Assembly (NCBI GenBank): GCA_963789955.1
Contig: CAWBMV010000003.1
Span: 96,001 to 160,000, forward strand
DNA length: 64,000 bases
From: an uncultured Candidatus Rokubacteria bacterium
GTDB taxonomy: Bacteria > Methylomirabilota > Methylomirabilia > Rokubacteriales > CSP1-6
Direction of reading: 5' to 3'
The notes under the pieces are model-generated. The model saw only the letters and a list, made by a program, of their open reading frames with translations, searched no databases and was not told where the DNA came from. Made by a program: the position numbers and the translations under genes. Shown here in pieces: positions 39,606 through 49,953 of this stretch; within the stretch, counting starts at the first letter, position 1, and the number at the start of each line of letters is the position of its first letter.

Positions 39606-40844
39606 GTGACCCAGCGGAGCTTGTCCGGCGGCGATCTGTTCGACAAGTTGCGGGCCCTCGCAGTGCGCCGAGCGGAATTCGGGACCGAGGCCGCCTGCCC
39701 CGGTGACACCACCATCGACGAGGTGCTGAGCGCCTCAGAGGTCGTCATTCGCGGACGGCGCACGCTGATGCTCGGCTCGAACAACTACCTCGGTCTGACG
39801 TTTCACCCGGATGTGCGTGCGGCGGCGCGTGATGCCGTGGATCGTTACGGCATCGGCACCACGGGATCGCGCGCCGCCAACGGGACGCTGGCGATCCATA
39901 CGGCTCTCGAGCGGGACCTCGCGGGCCACTTTGGCAAGCGCCACGCCATCATCTTCACGACCGGCTACCAGGCGAACCTTTCCGTCATCGCCGGGGTCTG
40001 CCAAGCCGGGAACGTCCTGCTCGTGGACGCTGACAGCCACGCGAGCATCTTCGATGGGGCTCGGCTCTCGGGCGCGACGACGATCGTCTTCCGGCACAAC
40101 GCCCCCGAGGATCTCGCGCGAAAGCTGGCACGATTACCGAGCGGGAAGCGAGACCGTCTGGTCGTGGTCGAGGGCGTGTACTCCGTCCGAGGCGACGTCG
40201 CCCCGCTCAAGGACATCGTCGCGGTCTGCCGCGAGAATGGCGCCTATTTGCTGGTGGACGAAGCGCACTCGTTCGGCGCCTACGGTGCACGTGGTCTGGG
40301 CGTGGCGGAGTCCGAGGGTGTTCTCGACGACGTCGACTTCGTCGTCGGGACATTTTCGAAGGCACTCGGCGGCATCGGCGGCTTCTGCGTCTCCGATCGG
40401 TCGGAGCTCGAGAGCCTCCGTTTCCTGGCGCGGAGTTACGTCTTCACCGCATCAGGTTCGGCGGCGATGATCGAGGGTGTTCGAGCGGCGCTCCGGGTGA
40501 TCGCGCACGACCCGTCGCTGCGCGAGCGTCTCTGGGCGAACACGAGACGGTTGCGGGCGGGGCTCCAGGCCCTCGGCTGCACCGTCGGGCAGATCGAGTC
40601 GCCGATCGTCTCGATCCCGGTCGGCAACGAGGTGGCCGCGATCACGCTGTGGCAGCGTCTCCTCGACGCGGGCATCTATGTGAACATCATGCTGCCCCCG
40701 GCTTGTCCCCCCGATGCATGTCTGCTCCGCGCGAGCTGCTCGGCGGCGCACACCGCCGGGGAGATCGATCACGCGGCGGCCGTGATCTCACGAGTCGTGC
40801 GCGAGGCCGACGTCAAGCACGCGGCCGGCACCGAGAGCGACTAG
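39606..40844 (+). CDS. spt: Serine palmitoyltransferase-like alpha-oxoamine synthase
   Basis: GSNNYLGLTF, GSRAANGT, DADSHAS, EGVYS, DEAHS, DFVVGTFSK (PLP Lys), YVFTAS, LWQRLLDAGIYVN. Pattern follows Sphingomonas-type SPT rather than BioF, and it is operonic with ACP and FAAL. Confidence 0.85.
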   Translation: MTQRSLSGGDLFDKLRALAVRRAEFGTEAACPGDTTIDEVLSASEVVIRGRRTLMLGSNNYLGLTFHPDVRAAARDAVDRYGIGTTGSRAANGTLAIHTALERDLAGHFGKRHAIIFTTGYQANLSVIAGVCQAGNVLLVDADSHASIFDGARLSGATTIVFRHNAPEDLARKLARLPSGKRDRLVVVEGVYSVRGDVAPLKDIVAVCRENGAYLLVDEAHSFGAYGARGLGVAESEGVLDDVDFVVGTFSKALGGIGGFCVSDRSELESLRFLARSYVFTASGSAAMIEGVRAALRVIAHDPSLRERLWANTRRLRAGLQALGCTVGQIESPIVSIPVGNEVAAITLWQRLLDAGIYVNIMLPPACPPDACLLRASCSAAHTAGEIDHAAAVISRVVREADVKHAAGTESD

Positions 40845-40860
40845 GCTCTCCCCGGGCCGA

Positions 40861-42168
40861 GTGCTTCAATCGAAGCGTGACGGGCTCATTCTGTGTAGCG
40901 CGATCGTTCTGTCAAATCTCCGTGCTCTAAGCTTTTTCCCCCGGTTTCCCGATCCCTCGGCGCTGCTCGGAAGCGCATGGATCGAGATCGCCCTCTGGTT
41001 CGGCACGGCGCTGGTCGTCGCACACACCCTGAAGCGAGAGAATCTGCTCCCCGGATACCTGTCCCTCTGCCGCAGGAACTGGCTACTCGGTGTCTTTGTT
41101 TCGCTGGCGCTTGTCTCGACCTCGTGGTCACTCGATGCGGCGGCGACGTCATTTCGCGCCCTGGAGTTGCTCTTAGCGACCGTGGTCGCTGCCTACATCG
41201 GAACGCGCTACGACCCGAAGCAGATGCTGGAAATCCTCTTCTGGGCGGGCGCGATCTTCCTCATTCTGTGTATCGGGATCGTGTTCGGCCTTCCGACAGA
41301 AGGACAGATGCACTCGAGGCCGGAGTACCGTTCGTGGCGTGGCGTCTACTGGCACAAGAACCATTTGGGGAGTATCGCGGCCCTGGTCAATGTCGTTTCG
41401 TTGTGTCGCATGCTCATCGCCTTCGAGCACCGCACCGCCGACTGGCTCGGTGGCCTGTTCTATCTGCTCTCGTTGGCCGCTGTATATTTCTCATACTCCG
41501 CGACCGGCGGGGTCGTTCTGATCGTTCTGCACGGCTTCCTGTTGTGTGTCTGGCTGTGGATCAAGACGTCCCATCGCTGGCGGGCATGGCACTACTACGT
41601 TGCGCTTGGCACCGTGGTTTCGGGATTGGCGTGGACCGTGGCGAACGCCGACAGGGTCTTCAGCATCTTCAATCGCAGCCCAACGATGTCGGGAAGGGTC
41701 GATCTCTGGAATTACCTCTTGAAGGACGTCGTTCCGCAACGCCTTTGGTGGGGGCACGGGTTCGGAGCGATCTGGACGGTCGAATCATTCCGCGTGGGCG
41801 CAGGGGAGCGTGTTCACTGGGGTAAACCGGCGGTGATTGCCGACAACGGCTTTCTCGATATCCTGCTGCACCTGGGTATCTTCGGTCTGCTGATATTCCT
41901 GAGCGTTCTGATGGTCGCCTCGGTTCGATCGTTCCGGTACGCGCGCGCCGGTAGGACATTGACCGACTTCTTCCCGCTGTTGCTGATGTTCTACGCGATC
42001 GCCGGGAATCTTGCCTTCAGTCTGTTCATGGAGACGGAGCTTTTCGTCTGGATCCTGATCGTGATCGTGCTCTTCGAGACAACGGCGCGCTCGGATCCGG
42101 CCGAACTTCTGGCTATCGACACGCACGGTCGTGCCTCTGCACGCCACGAATCACCCCATCTGACCTGA
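40861..42168 (+). CDS. O-antigen ligase / Wzy-like membrane protein
   Basis: About 12 TM helices, WRGVYWHKNHLG, TMSGRVDLW, GHGFG, ADNGFLDILLHLG. Confidence 0.8.
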   Translation: MLQSKRDGLILCSAIVLSNLRALSFFPRFPDPSALLGSAWIEIALWFGTALVVAHTLKRENLLPGYLSLCRRNWLLGVFVSLALVSTSWSLDAAATSFRALELLLATVVAAYIGTRYDPKQMLEILFWAGAIFLILCIGIVFGLPTEGQMHSRPEYRSWRGVYWHKNHLGSIAALVNVVSLCRMLIAFEHRTADWLGGLFYLLSLAAVYFSYSATGGVVLIVLHGFLLCVWLWIKTSHRWRAWHYYVALGTVVSGLAWTVANADRVFSIFNRSPTMSGRVDLWNYLLKDVVPQRLWWGHGFGAIWTVESFRVGAGERVHWGKPAVIADNGFLDILLHLGIFGLLIFLSVLMVASVRSFRYARAGRTLTDFFPLLLMFYAIAGNLAFSLFMETELFVWILIVIVLFETTARSDPAELLAIDTHGRASARHESPHLT

Positions 42169-42362
42169 TACCGGATACCGGCTATGCTGACATTTGAGTC
42201 ACCCCTCATCCTCGTCCAAATGGGGCCCGGACTTGGCGTCCATTTCGTGATTCGGTACTCTGAGCGAACATGGTAGGCATGAGAGTGCAGGCCGTTCGGG
42301 CAGCGTGGTTCCCGCGCGCCGGCGCGGTGGTAGCCTGCCGGAGCTAGCGCTCTCCCCACGCG

Positions 42363-44648
42363 ATGTTCCGCATTCTCGATCGCTACGTGTATCGCGAGAT
42401 GCTCCCCGTTTTCGCCCTCGCCACCGGTCTATTCACGTTCCTCCACGTGATGGACCGACTGAACGATTTCAGCAACATGGCCGCGAATGGCGCACCGCTT
42501 CACCTCGTGCTCCGGGTCTGGGGACTGCTGCTGGTGTCCTTCATGAGTCACACGCTCCCGATGGGCCTACTCCTGGCGGTCGTGATTACGGCCGGCCGCC
42601 TGACGTCCGACCTCGAAGTCGTGGGGTTCGGCGCCTTGGGAGTCAGCCCGCTCCGCCTGTTCCGTCCGTTCCTGGTCGCCTCGATCGTGGTGGCCATGAT
42701 GGTTGGAGCCCTGACGATGTGGATCAACCCATGGGGTTCCTCCGCCTTCTTCCGGTATCTGCGGGACCTCCGCCAGCATGCCGCCTTTCCTCTGATCCAG
42801 GAACGCACCTTCACCCGGGTCGGCGATGTCGTCATCTACGTTGACCGGAAGGATCTATCGACCTCGGCCCTCTCGGGCCTGGTCATCGGTGACGAGCGCG
42901 ACCCCAGCACGTTCGGGATCATCACGGCGCCGGTCGGGCGTCTGATCGACGACGCCGAACGTCGGAGGACGATCCTCAGGCTGACCGACGGCGCCGTCCA
43001 CGAGTCGCGGCCGGCGTCACCCAATTGGTACCGCGTGACGGCGTTCAAGGTCTACGACATGCCCCTCGACGTGACTGCCCCGATCGCCGAGGCTCAGAAA
43101 GAACTCGGAGCCGAGCGGAACGAGACGACGTGGGATCTCATGGAGAATACTCGCGCGCTGGATTTCACGCGAAAGGCCGAGCACGCGGAGATGTTCGTCG
43201 TCGAATTCCACAAGCGACTGGCCCTCCCGCTGGCCCCCATCGTCTTCGCCATGGTCGTCTTTCCCCTGGGCATCCGGCTTCAGCGCGGTGGGCGAGCCGT
43301 GGCGGCCGTGAGCGGCATCATGGTCTACCTGGTCCATCACGTCGTGCAGGAGGGTCTCGGTCGCGTCGCGGTGCTTCGTCCATGGGGCGGTGGACATTGG
43401 CTGCCGATCGCTCTGTTCGCGCTGCTCGGCGTCGTGCTCCTTTATTTCACAGCCCATCCGGCGCCGCCTGCCTGGCGACGTGGCGTGAGTCGTCTCCTCG
43501 AGCTCCTTCCGGCTCGCCTGTTGCCGTTTCGCCGCCTGCCGACTGGCCTGCGGCGTGACCGCACCCGGCGGCTTCGCCGGCAGAGCTCGATCATCGATCG
43601 GTACGTCGCGCGACAGTTCCTCATCTACGTCGGCTATGGATTGGGCCTGGCCACCGCCATCTTCGTCGTCGTCGATCTCGTGGAGACCTTGAGTCGCTAC
43701 CGGCCACCGTTGCAAGCCATTCTCGAACACTTCGGCTATCGCCTTCCCGCGGCGCTGCACCAGTCACTGCCCATCATCGTGCTCGTGGCCACCGTCTTCC
43801 TCTTCATGGAGCTCCAGAGATACAACGAGCTCACGGCGCTAAAGGCGTTGGGCCTGAGCCTTCACCGGGTCAGCCTGCCCGTTCTCGTCCTGGCGGGAGC
43901 GGTGAGCGTCGCGGCGTTCGTCTTCCAGGAGACGGCGGCGCCGGTCCTGAATGCCAAGGCCGACGAGCTCGACCGCGTGGAGATCCGCAAGGTCGCGGCT
44001 CGGGGGAGCGCTCCCAAATACCATTGGTACCGCCGTTCCGACACCGAGTTCGTCCGCATCGGCCGGCTCGATCGCGCTCTGCGCCAAGTGCAGGGCGTCA
44101 CGCTCGTTCAGACCGATGCGGCCTTCCGACTGGTCAAGCGGCTCGACGCGACCCACGCAGTCTGGGCTCCGGACGGCCTGGAGTTCGGGCAGAGCGTGCT
44201 GCGGGAGTTCGGCCCCGACAAGACGATGCGCACCACGTGGCAGGACGAGAAGCCGCGCCGTCTTGCCGACTCCCTCGAGGCACTCGGCGCGATGCCCGCG
44301 CCCTCGGCGATGACGTTCATGGAGCTGCGCGCCTACGTCCGCCACCTGCGCGAGAGGGGGCAGGCGGTCGGTACTCAGGTGCTGCGTCTGCACTCCAAGC
44401 TCTCGTTCCCCTTGATGAGCCTCGTGCTCGCCTTCCTGGCCATCTCGTTTACAGCGCGATGGCAGCGTGGCGGGCGCTTCGTCGGTGCGGCTCTCGCCGT
44501 CGTGATCGTGATCGCATACTCGATCGTCAACTCGGTCGCCCTCTCACTCGGCCGGGTCGACCTCTTGCCATCCGTCGTCGCCGCCTGGACGGCGACCATC
44601 GTGTTCGGCGGCATCGGAGTCGCGCTCTTCATCCGCGCGCCCACGTAG
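42363..44648 (+). CDS. Fused LptF-LptG permease
   Basis: Two tandem LptF/G units in one frame: ILDRYVYRE..EFHKRLALP and IIDRYVARQ..LHSKLSFP. Confidence 0.85.
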   Translation: MFRILDRYVYREMLPVFALATGLFTFLHVMDRLNDFSNMAANGAPLHLVLRVWGLLLVSFMSHTLPMGLLLAVVITAGRLTSDLEVVGFGALGVSPLRLFRPFLVASIVVAMMVGALTMWINPWGSSAFFRYLRDLRQHAAFPLIQERTFTRVGDVVIYVDRKDLSTSALSGLVIGDERDPSTFGIITAPVGRLIDDAERRRTILRLTDGAVHESRPASPNWYRVTAFKVYDMPLDVTAPIAEAQKELGAERNETTWDLMENTRALDFTRKAEHAEMFVVEFHKRLALPLAPIVFAMVVFPLGIRLQRGGRAVAAVSGIMVYLVHHVVQEGLGRVAVLRPWGGGHWLPIALFALLGVVLLYFTAHPAPPAWRRGVSRLLELLPARLLPFRRLPTGLRRDRTRRLRRQSSIIDRYVARQFLIYVGYGLGLATAIFVVVDLVETLSRYRPPLQAILEHFGYRLPAALHQSLPIIVLVATVFLFMELQRYNELTALKALGLSLHRVSLPVLVLAGAVSVAAFVFQETAAPVLNAKADELDRVEIRKVAARGSAPKYHWYRRSDTEFVRIGRLDRALRQVQGVTLVQTDAAFRLVKRLDATHAVWAPDGLEFGQSVLREFGPDKTMRTTWQDEKPRRLADSLEALGAMPAPSAMTFMELRAYVRHLRERGQAVGTQVLRLHSKLSFPLMSLVLAFLAISFTARWQRGGRFVGAALAVVIVIAYSIVNSVALSLGRVDLLPSVVAAWTATIVFGGIGVALFIRAPT

Positions 44649-44665
44649 AACTGACCGGGGCGCCT

Positions 44666-46240
44666 TCAGCGCTCCTCGTGGTAGTCCGTCTCGGTGTTGA
44701 CCGCCCAGATGGCATCCTTGGCGGTGATCCCGGCGACCAGGTTGTCGACGGCGACCATGGCCGCGAGCATCGAGTGGTCCTGGTTGTTGTAGCGGTGCAT
44801 ACCGTTCCGGCCGAGCAGGAAGAGGTTCTCGAAGCGATCCGCCCAGCCGCGCAGGAGATCGAAGCGATCGTACGTGCCGAAGTAGGCGGGGTAGGCGCGC
44901 GGGGCGCGTACGACCACGCCGTCGAGGACGTCATCGGCGCCGATGTCGGCGATGCTCTGCCAGCTCGCGCGCCGCGAGTTCGAGGATCTCGGCGTCCGAC
45001 CGGCTCCACAGCGTATCGCCGACCGAGCAGAAGTACTCGAGGCCCACCCAGACGGTGCGCGGATCGCGCACCATGTAGGGGCTCCAGTTGTTGAAGATCT
45101 GCAGTCGCCCGACCCGAACGTCGGGCTCCTGAATGTAGATCCAGTTGTCCGTCAAATGCTCCTTCACCGCCGAGCCCGAGGCGGCGCAGGAGCAGCCCCA
45201 CGGTGATGAAGTCCCGATAGGCAAGCCCTTCCGCCACGTCGCGCACGGCGTCCGGCGCGGCCGGGCGGAGGGCGCGGACGAGGTCCACGACCGGCATGGT
45301 CGAGAACACGTAGTCGGCCGCGAGCATCGACGCGCGAGCCGGTCGCGAACGTCCTCGACGACGGCCGCGGTCACCCGCTCGCCCTCGGTCTCGAGGCCGA
45401 CCACGCGGGAGTGCATGTGGATCTCGCCCTTGCGAGCCATGATCTCGCCGGCGACGGTCTCCCACAGTGAGCCGGGCCCGAGCTTCGGGTAAAGGAAGCG
45501 CTCGATGAGGGAGGTCTCTTGCCCTTTCTGAGCGAGATCACCGCGTCCTGCCGCGCACCTGACGTCGAAGCGAGTGCACGCAGGGCGCGTGCGATCGACA
45601 GCCCCTTGACGCGCTGGGCGCCCCACTCCGCGGTGATCTCCGCACACGAGCGACCCCAGACTTTTTCTGTGTAGGCGCGAAAGAACGTCCGGTACAGCTC
45701 GTCGCCGAAGCGGTTGATGAAGAAATCTTCCAGGGTGACTTCTGGGCGCCGGGGGCGAAGCACTCGATGCCCGTAGGTGGCCCCGATCCGCAGCACGCGG
45801 GCGAGCCCGAGCTTCGACAACGTGTCGAGGCTCAATTGAAGCGGGTAGTCGTAGACCTTCCGGCCGAACAGGATGCGTGACCGGCGCGAGCGTACGAGCA
45901 TGACGCGGTCTTCGCGCTCGGGGTCGGGTCCGGACGGGAGGCCTTCGAGATCACGCGCCTGGCCCTGGTACGCCAGCACGAAGCGGTCCGGCGCGGCCGC
46001 CTCGATGGGCAGGAAGCTGAGCCACCAGCGCATGACCCGATCGGACTTCGAGAAGAAGCGATGGCCCCCCAGGTCCATGCGGTTGCCGGCGTGCACGATC
46101 GTGCGCGCCAGGCCGCCGATCTCCCCCGAGCCCTCGACGACGATTGGCCGGATCCTCGTCCGCTCGAGCAGCTCGTATGCCGCTGTGAGGCCGGCGGGCC
46201 CAGCGCCGATGACGACTGCCGTGCCGCTCCTATACGCCAT
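44666..46240 (-). CDS. FAD-dependent oxidoreductase (UDP-galactopyranose mutase/HemY-like) split by several indels
   Basis: [63 protein letters not shown] across four or more frames. Confidence 0.8.
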
Positions 46241-46369
46241 ACGCGGTCAGGTGGACCACCTCCCTGGGTCGGGGATCTCGGGACGGACGTGATGAGCCGG
46301 ACCGGATCATACCGAAAAGTGTACTCGTACGCGGAATGTCAGCGCGAATAGGCGTAAAATCTTCGATCG

Positions 46370-47548
46370 ATGAGGACGACGGCGCGTCGCGCTCGAGCAC
46401 TCTTCCTTTGGCGCTCGCTGCTTCCGGGAGGTGTCGAACGGACGGCGATCACACTGATGGACCACCTCCGCGCGCCCGACTGGAGCTTCTTCCTGGCGCT
46501 GCTCGAGCCCCACGGGGATTTTCACACCGGGGCTCGCCATCCTCGACGTCTGCTTTTTCCGCGTGGAGGACCCAAGACCGAGCGCCAGGTGGAAGACCTG
46601 GCGTTTGCGCTGAAGGCGGTCCCGCGGTTGGGTTGGTATGCGTTACGCACTCAAGCCCTGCTTGACCGGGTGAGGCCAGATGTCCTGTTCACGCACTCGG
46701 GTGTGGACGTCCTGGTGGCCGGGGCGCTGACCCGGCGTCGCGGTGCCGTCTGGGTGGCGAGCGTCGGAAGCGACGCTCTGTCCGGCATCAGCTTCAGGCA
46801 TCCATGGGGCCGACCGATCTTTCGTCGCTTTTTGTCGACGGCGTACCGCAGACCCGATCACATCGTGGCAGCGAGCGAGGGGCTGAGGCAGAGGCTCACC
46901 GAGGATCTGGGCGTGCCTCCAGCTCGAGTGAGCGTCATCCCCAACCCGGTCGATCTCGATTGGATCCAGGCGGAGGCGCGACGACCGCTACCGGAGTATG
47001 CGACGGGCGACTTCGTGCTCGGCGTAGGACGCCTCAGCGCATACAAGGGTTTCGACATCCTGATCCGAGCGGCGGCTCGGCTTTTCCAGCAACAACAGCC
47101 GATTCGACTCGTCATTCTCGGGGACGGCGAAGAAAGGGAGTCGCTTGCCCGCTTGACTCGGCAGCTCGGGATCGAACATCTCGTCACGATGCCCGGCCAT
47201 GAGCCGTGCCCTTGGCCCTGGATGAGTCGGGCCCTGGCCGTGGCGGCCCCCTCCCGCCAGGAAGGATTCTCCAACGTCATCGTGGAGGCCATGGCGTGCG
47301 GAGCCCCGGTGGTCGCCACGGCGTGTCACGGTCCCCAGGAGATCGTCAGTTCAGGCGTGAACGGTTCCCTGGTTCCGGTCGGAGATGAGCTGGCTTTCAC
47401 CCGTGCGCTCGTCGAGCTGCTGCAGGACCCAGGGCGCCGCGAACGCTATCGCGAAGCCGCGCTCCGGCGGGCCCAGGAATACGGGGTGACCAGGGTCGGG
47501 GAGCAATACCTTAGCTTGTTCCGCCGTCTCGCAACATCCGCGAGATGA
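46370..47548 (+). CDS. GT4 glycosyltransferase
   Basis: GGVER, IPNPVD, GRLSAYKGFD, EGFSNVIVEAMACG. Confidence 0.9.
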   Translation: MRTTARRARALFLWRSLLPGGVERTAITLMDHLRAPDWSFFLALLEPHGDFHTGARHPRRLLFPRGGPKTERQVEDLAFALKAVPRLGWYALRTQALLDRVRPDVLFTHSGVDVLVAGALTRRRGAVWVASVGSDALSGISFRHPWGRPIFRRFLSTAYRRPDHIVAASEGLRQRLTEDLGVPPARVSVIPNPVDLDWIQAEARRPLPEYATGDFVLGVGRLSAYKGFDILIRAAARLFQQQQPIRLVILGDGEERESLARLTRQLGIEHLVTMPGHEPCPWPWMSRALAVAAPSRQEGFSNVIVEAMACGAPVVATACHGPQEIVSSGVNGSLVPVGDELAFTRALVELLQDPGRRERYREAALRRAQEYGVTRVGEQYLSLFRRLATSAR

Positions 47549-48297
47549 AGGCGCCGATCTTCTACTATCATTCCGTCGGCGGTCCACCGCCTCAGACGCT
47601 AGCGCTCCCGCGGTTCCAGCAGCACCTCGAAGCGATCCGTCGCCATGACTACCGCACGGTCACCGTCGCTGAGCTGCTCGAAGCGGGTCGCAACCTTCCG
47701 TCACGGTGTGTCGCGCTCGCCTTCGACGACGGGCTCCTGGACAACTACACTCACGTGTTCCCGCTGTTGCTTCAGTACGGCATGCGCGCCACGTTCTACG
47801 TCGTTCCCGGCTATGATCGGGTCACCCGCTGGGTTGCGCCCCGGACCGGCCGCTGGAGCGACCTGCCGGCTCCGGGCTTTACCATTCCATTCGAGAGCAT
47901 GGGAACAGATCAGCGCCGGGAGCTCGCGCGACACGGCATGGAGATCGGCAGCCACTCACTCACGCATCGGACGCTCACTCGGGTGCCGAAGGACGAGCTG
48001 CCCCGAGAGGTGCGCGATTCAAAGGACGTCCTGGAGCAGGAGATCGGCGGGAGGGTGAAGACATTCTGCTACCCGCGAGGCCGCTTCGCGCCTGCCGTCG
48101 TACGAGCCGTGCGCAACGCGGGCTATGTGGGAGCGTGCAGTACTCTTCCCGGCTACTATCGCTCCGGACTGCCGCGGTACGTGCTGCCCCGCTTTCTCGT
48201 GGAGGATCCCGTTTATTTCCGCGCAGTGCTCATGGGGAAAGCCTTTCGGCCTGGCGCCTTGCTCCAGCTCGCGCGCCGACAGCTCGCTCGCTCATGA
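47545..48297 (+). CDS. Polysaccharide deacetylase (CE4)
   Basis: YYHSV, FDDG, EIGSHSLTH, FCYPRG. Confidence 0.88.
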   Translation: MKAPIFYYHSVGGPPPQTLALPRFQQHLEAIRRHDYRTVTVAELLEAGRNLPSRCVALAFDDGLLDNYTHVFPLLLQYGMRATFYVVPGYDRVTRWVAPRTGRWSDLPAPGFTIPFESMGTDQRRELARHGMEIGSHSLTHRTLTRVPKDELPREVRDSKDVLEQEIGGRVKTFCYPRGRFAPAVVRAVRNAGYVGACSTLPGYYRSGLPRYVLPRFLVEDPVYFRAVLMGKAFRPGALLQLARRQLARS

Positions 48298-48341
48298 TTC
48301 CGGTCCATGACTCGATGTCTGCGACCGCTTAGTCCCTGGCC

Positions 48342-49187
48342 GTGAGAGGCGCGAACACGATAAGAGAGGTAGGCCGGTACGTCTGGATGCATGTGGGTAC
48401 GGGCCAAGCGCCGATCGTCGAATGTTCCATGCGGTCCGGGAACCCGCGCGTCGTCATCTCGCTCACCACGACTCCGAGCCGGATCACGCGCTTGGGACCG
48501 ACCCTTCGCTCGCTGCTGACTCAGGACTATCCGCTCACCGCTATTTGCTTGGCCGTGCCGCGCCGTTCCGTGCGGGAGAATCGAGCTTACGCGGTACCCA
48601 CTTGGCTGGCGCGTCACCCGACGGTCACCGTGATCGACTCCGAGCGAGATTGGGGTCCGGCCACCAAGCTCCTGCCGATGCTACGCGTCGAGCAGGAGCG
48701 CCCGGAGACGCTCATCATCACCGTGGATGACGACAACGTCTACCCGCGTGAGATGGTCTCGACGTTCGTGCGCTTCAGCTTGACCCTGCCGGATGCGGCG
48801 CTCTGCTTCCGTGGCTGGCGCGTGCCGCCATCCGGGCGTTGGCAGGATGGCCGAGCGGTCTTCGGCACGCGCGTGGACGCGCCGACCCCGATGGACGTGA
48901 TCACGGGCTGTGGCGGCATTCTGGTCAAGCCGCGCTTCTTCGACGCCGCGGTGTTCAACTACGACGCCGCACCGCGCTCGGCATTTTTCGTGGATGATAT
49001 CTGGATCAGCGGCCATCTGGCGCGGCGTCGCATCCCGCGTTACGTCATTCCTTCGGCGGCGGCCTTTGTCTATTTGCCGACGCTGACTGCCTGGCGGACA
49101 CGAGGACTCGACCGGACCGAGAACGGCCCGCGCGGCGCCCACAACGACGTCATGCTCGACCATTTTCGATCCGCCTGGGGCGTGTGA
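48342..49187 (+). CDS. GT-A fold glycosyltransferase (start uncertain)
   Basis: VISLTTTPSRI, DWGPATKLLP, ITVDDD, VDDIWISG. Confidence 0.75.
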   Translation: MRGANTIREVGRYVWMHVGTGQAPIVECSMRSGNPRVVISLTTTPSRITRLGPTLRSLLTQDYPLTAICLAVPRRSVRENRAYAVPTWLARHPTVTVIDSERDWGPATKLLPMLRVEQERPETLIITVDDDNVYPREMVSTFVRFSLTLPDAALCFRGWRVPPSGRWQDGRAVFGTRVDAPTPMDVITGCGGILVKPRFFDAAVFNYDAAPRSAFFVDDIWISGHLARRRIPRYVIPSAAAFVYLPTLTAWRTRGLDRTENGPRGAHNDVMLDHFRSAWGV

Positions 49188-49206
49188 TCGCCCAGTCCCG
49201 GCCAGC

Positions 49207-49953
49207 GTGCTCATAGTCGGCTTGATCGCCGCCGCTGCACTCTACCTCGGGGGGTGCTTGCTCTTACGGCTCCGCTACCCCCGGGGCTACGTCGCGCCCC
49301 CCGACTGCTTCGTGGCGAAGGTCTACTCCATGCTTGGAGCAGTTGACAGGATCCTGACCGAACACCAGATACCGTACTGGATGGAGTCGGGGACTCTGCT
49401 CGGTGCTGTTCGGCATCGGGGCATGATCCCGTGGGATGACGACGTGGACATCGGGGTTCCCCAGGTCTTCGACGATCGCTTGCTGGGGCTCGCCGGCGAG
49501 CTGGAACGGGCCGGTCTCGTCCTGCACCGCTACTCGTGCGGTTGGAAGATCGGGTTCATCGGCGACCCGAACGAGGCCGACCGCTTCGAGCACTGGTGGT
49601 ACAAGATCGTGCGGTGGTTCCGGGGATCGAGCTATCCGTACGTCGACGTCATCTCGAAGCGGGAGGACGACGCCGGCTGCTTCTGGTACTCCTCGCCGGC
49701 TTGGGCGGCGCGCTGGCCCCGGCAGTTCGTCAATCACAGGTCCGAGCTCTACCCGCTGCGGCGTTACACGTTCGGACCGATCGAGCTCTGGGGTCCCCGT
49801 GATCCGATACCGTACCTGCGTCGCTCGTATGGCGACTGGGAGATGGGCCGCGTCGTGTTCGCCCGGAGCCAACCCCGGCTGTACTGTGTCTTCGGCCTGT
49901 TCCTCAAACGGCGGGTGACGCTGGACGGGCCCGGCTGGGCCTCGCCGGGCTAG
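49207..49953 (+). CDS. licD: LicD-family phosphotransferase with N-terminal membrane anchor
   Basis: YWMESGTLLGAVRHRGMIPWDDDVDI, YLRRSYGDW. Confidence 0.88.
   Translation: MLIVGLIAAAALYLGGCLLLRLRYPRGYVAPPDCFVAKVYSMLGAVDRILTEHQIPYWMESGTLLGAVRHRGMIPWDDDVDIGVPQVFDDRLLGLAGELERAGLVLHRYSCGWKIGFIGDPNEADRFEHWWYKIVRWFRGSSYPYVDVISKREDDAGCFWYSSPAWAARWPRQFVNHRSELYPLRRYTFGPIELWGPRDPIPYLRRSYGDWEMGRVVFARSQPRLYCVFGLFLKRRVTLDGPGWASPG

Noticed and set aside
39606..40844. BioF (biotin synthesis) annotation
   Set aside because: DADSHAS and other SPT-type motifs, the ACP/FAAL context and the absence of bio genes favour SPT, though a phylogeny is needed.
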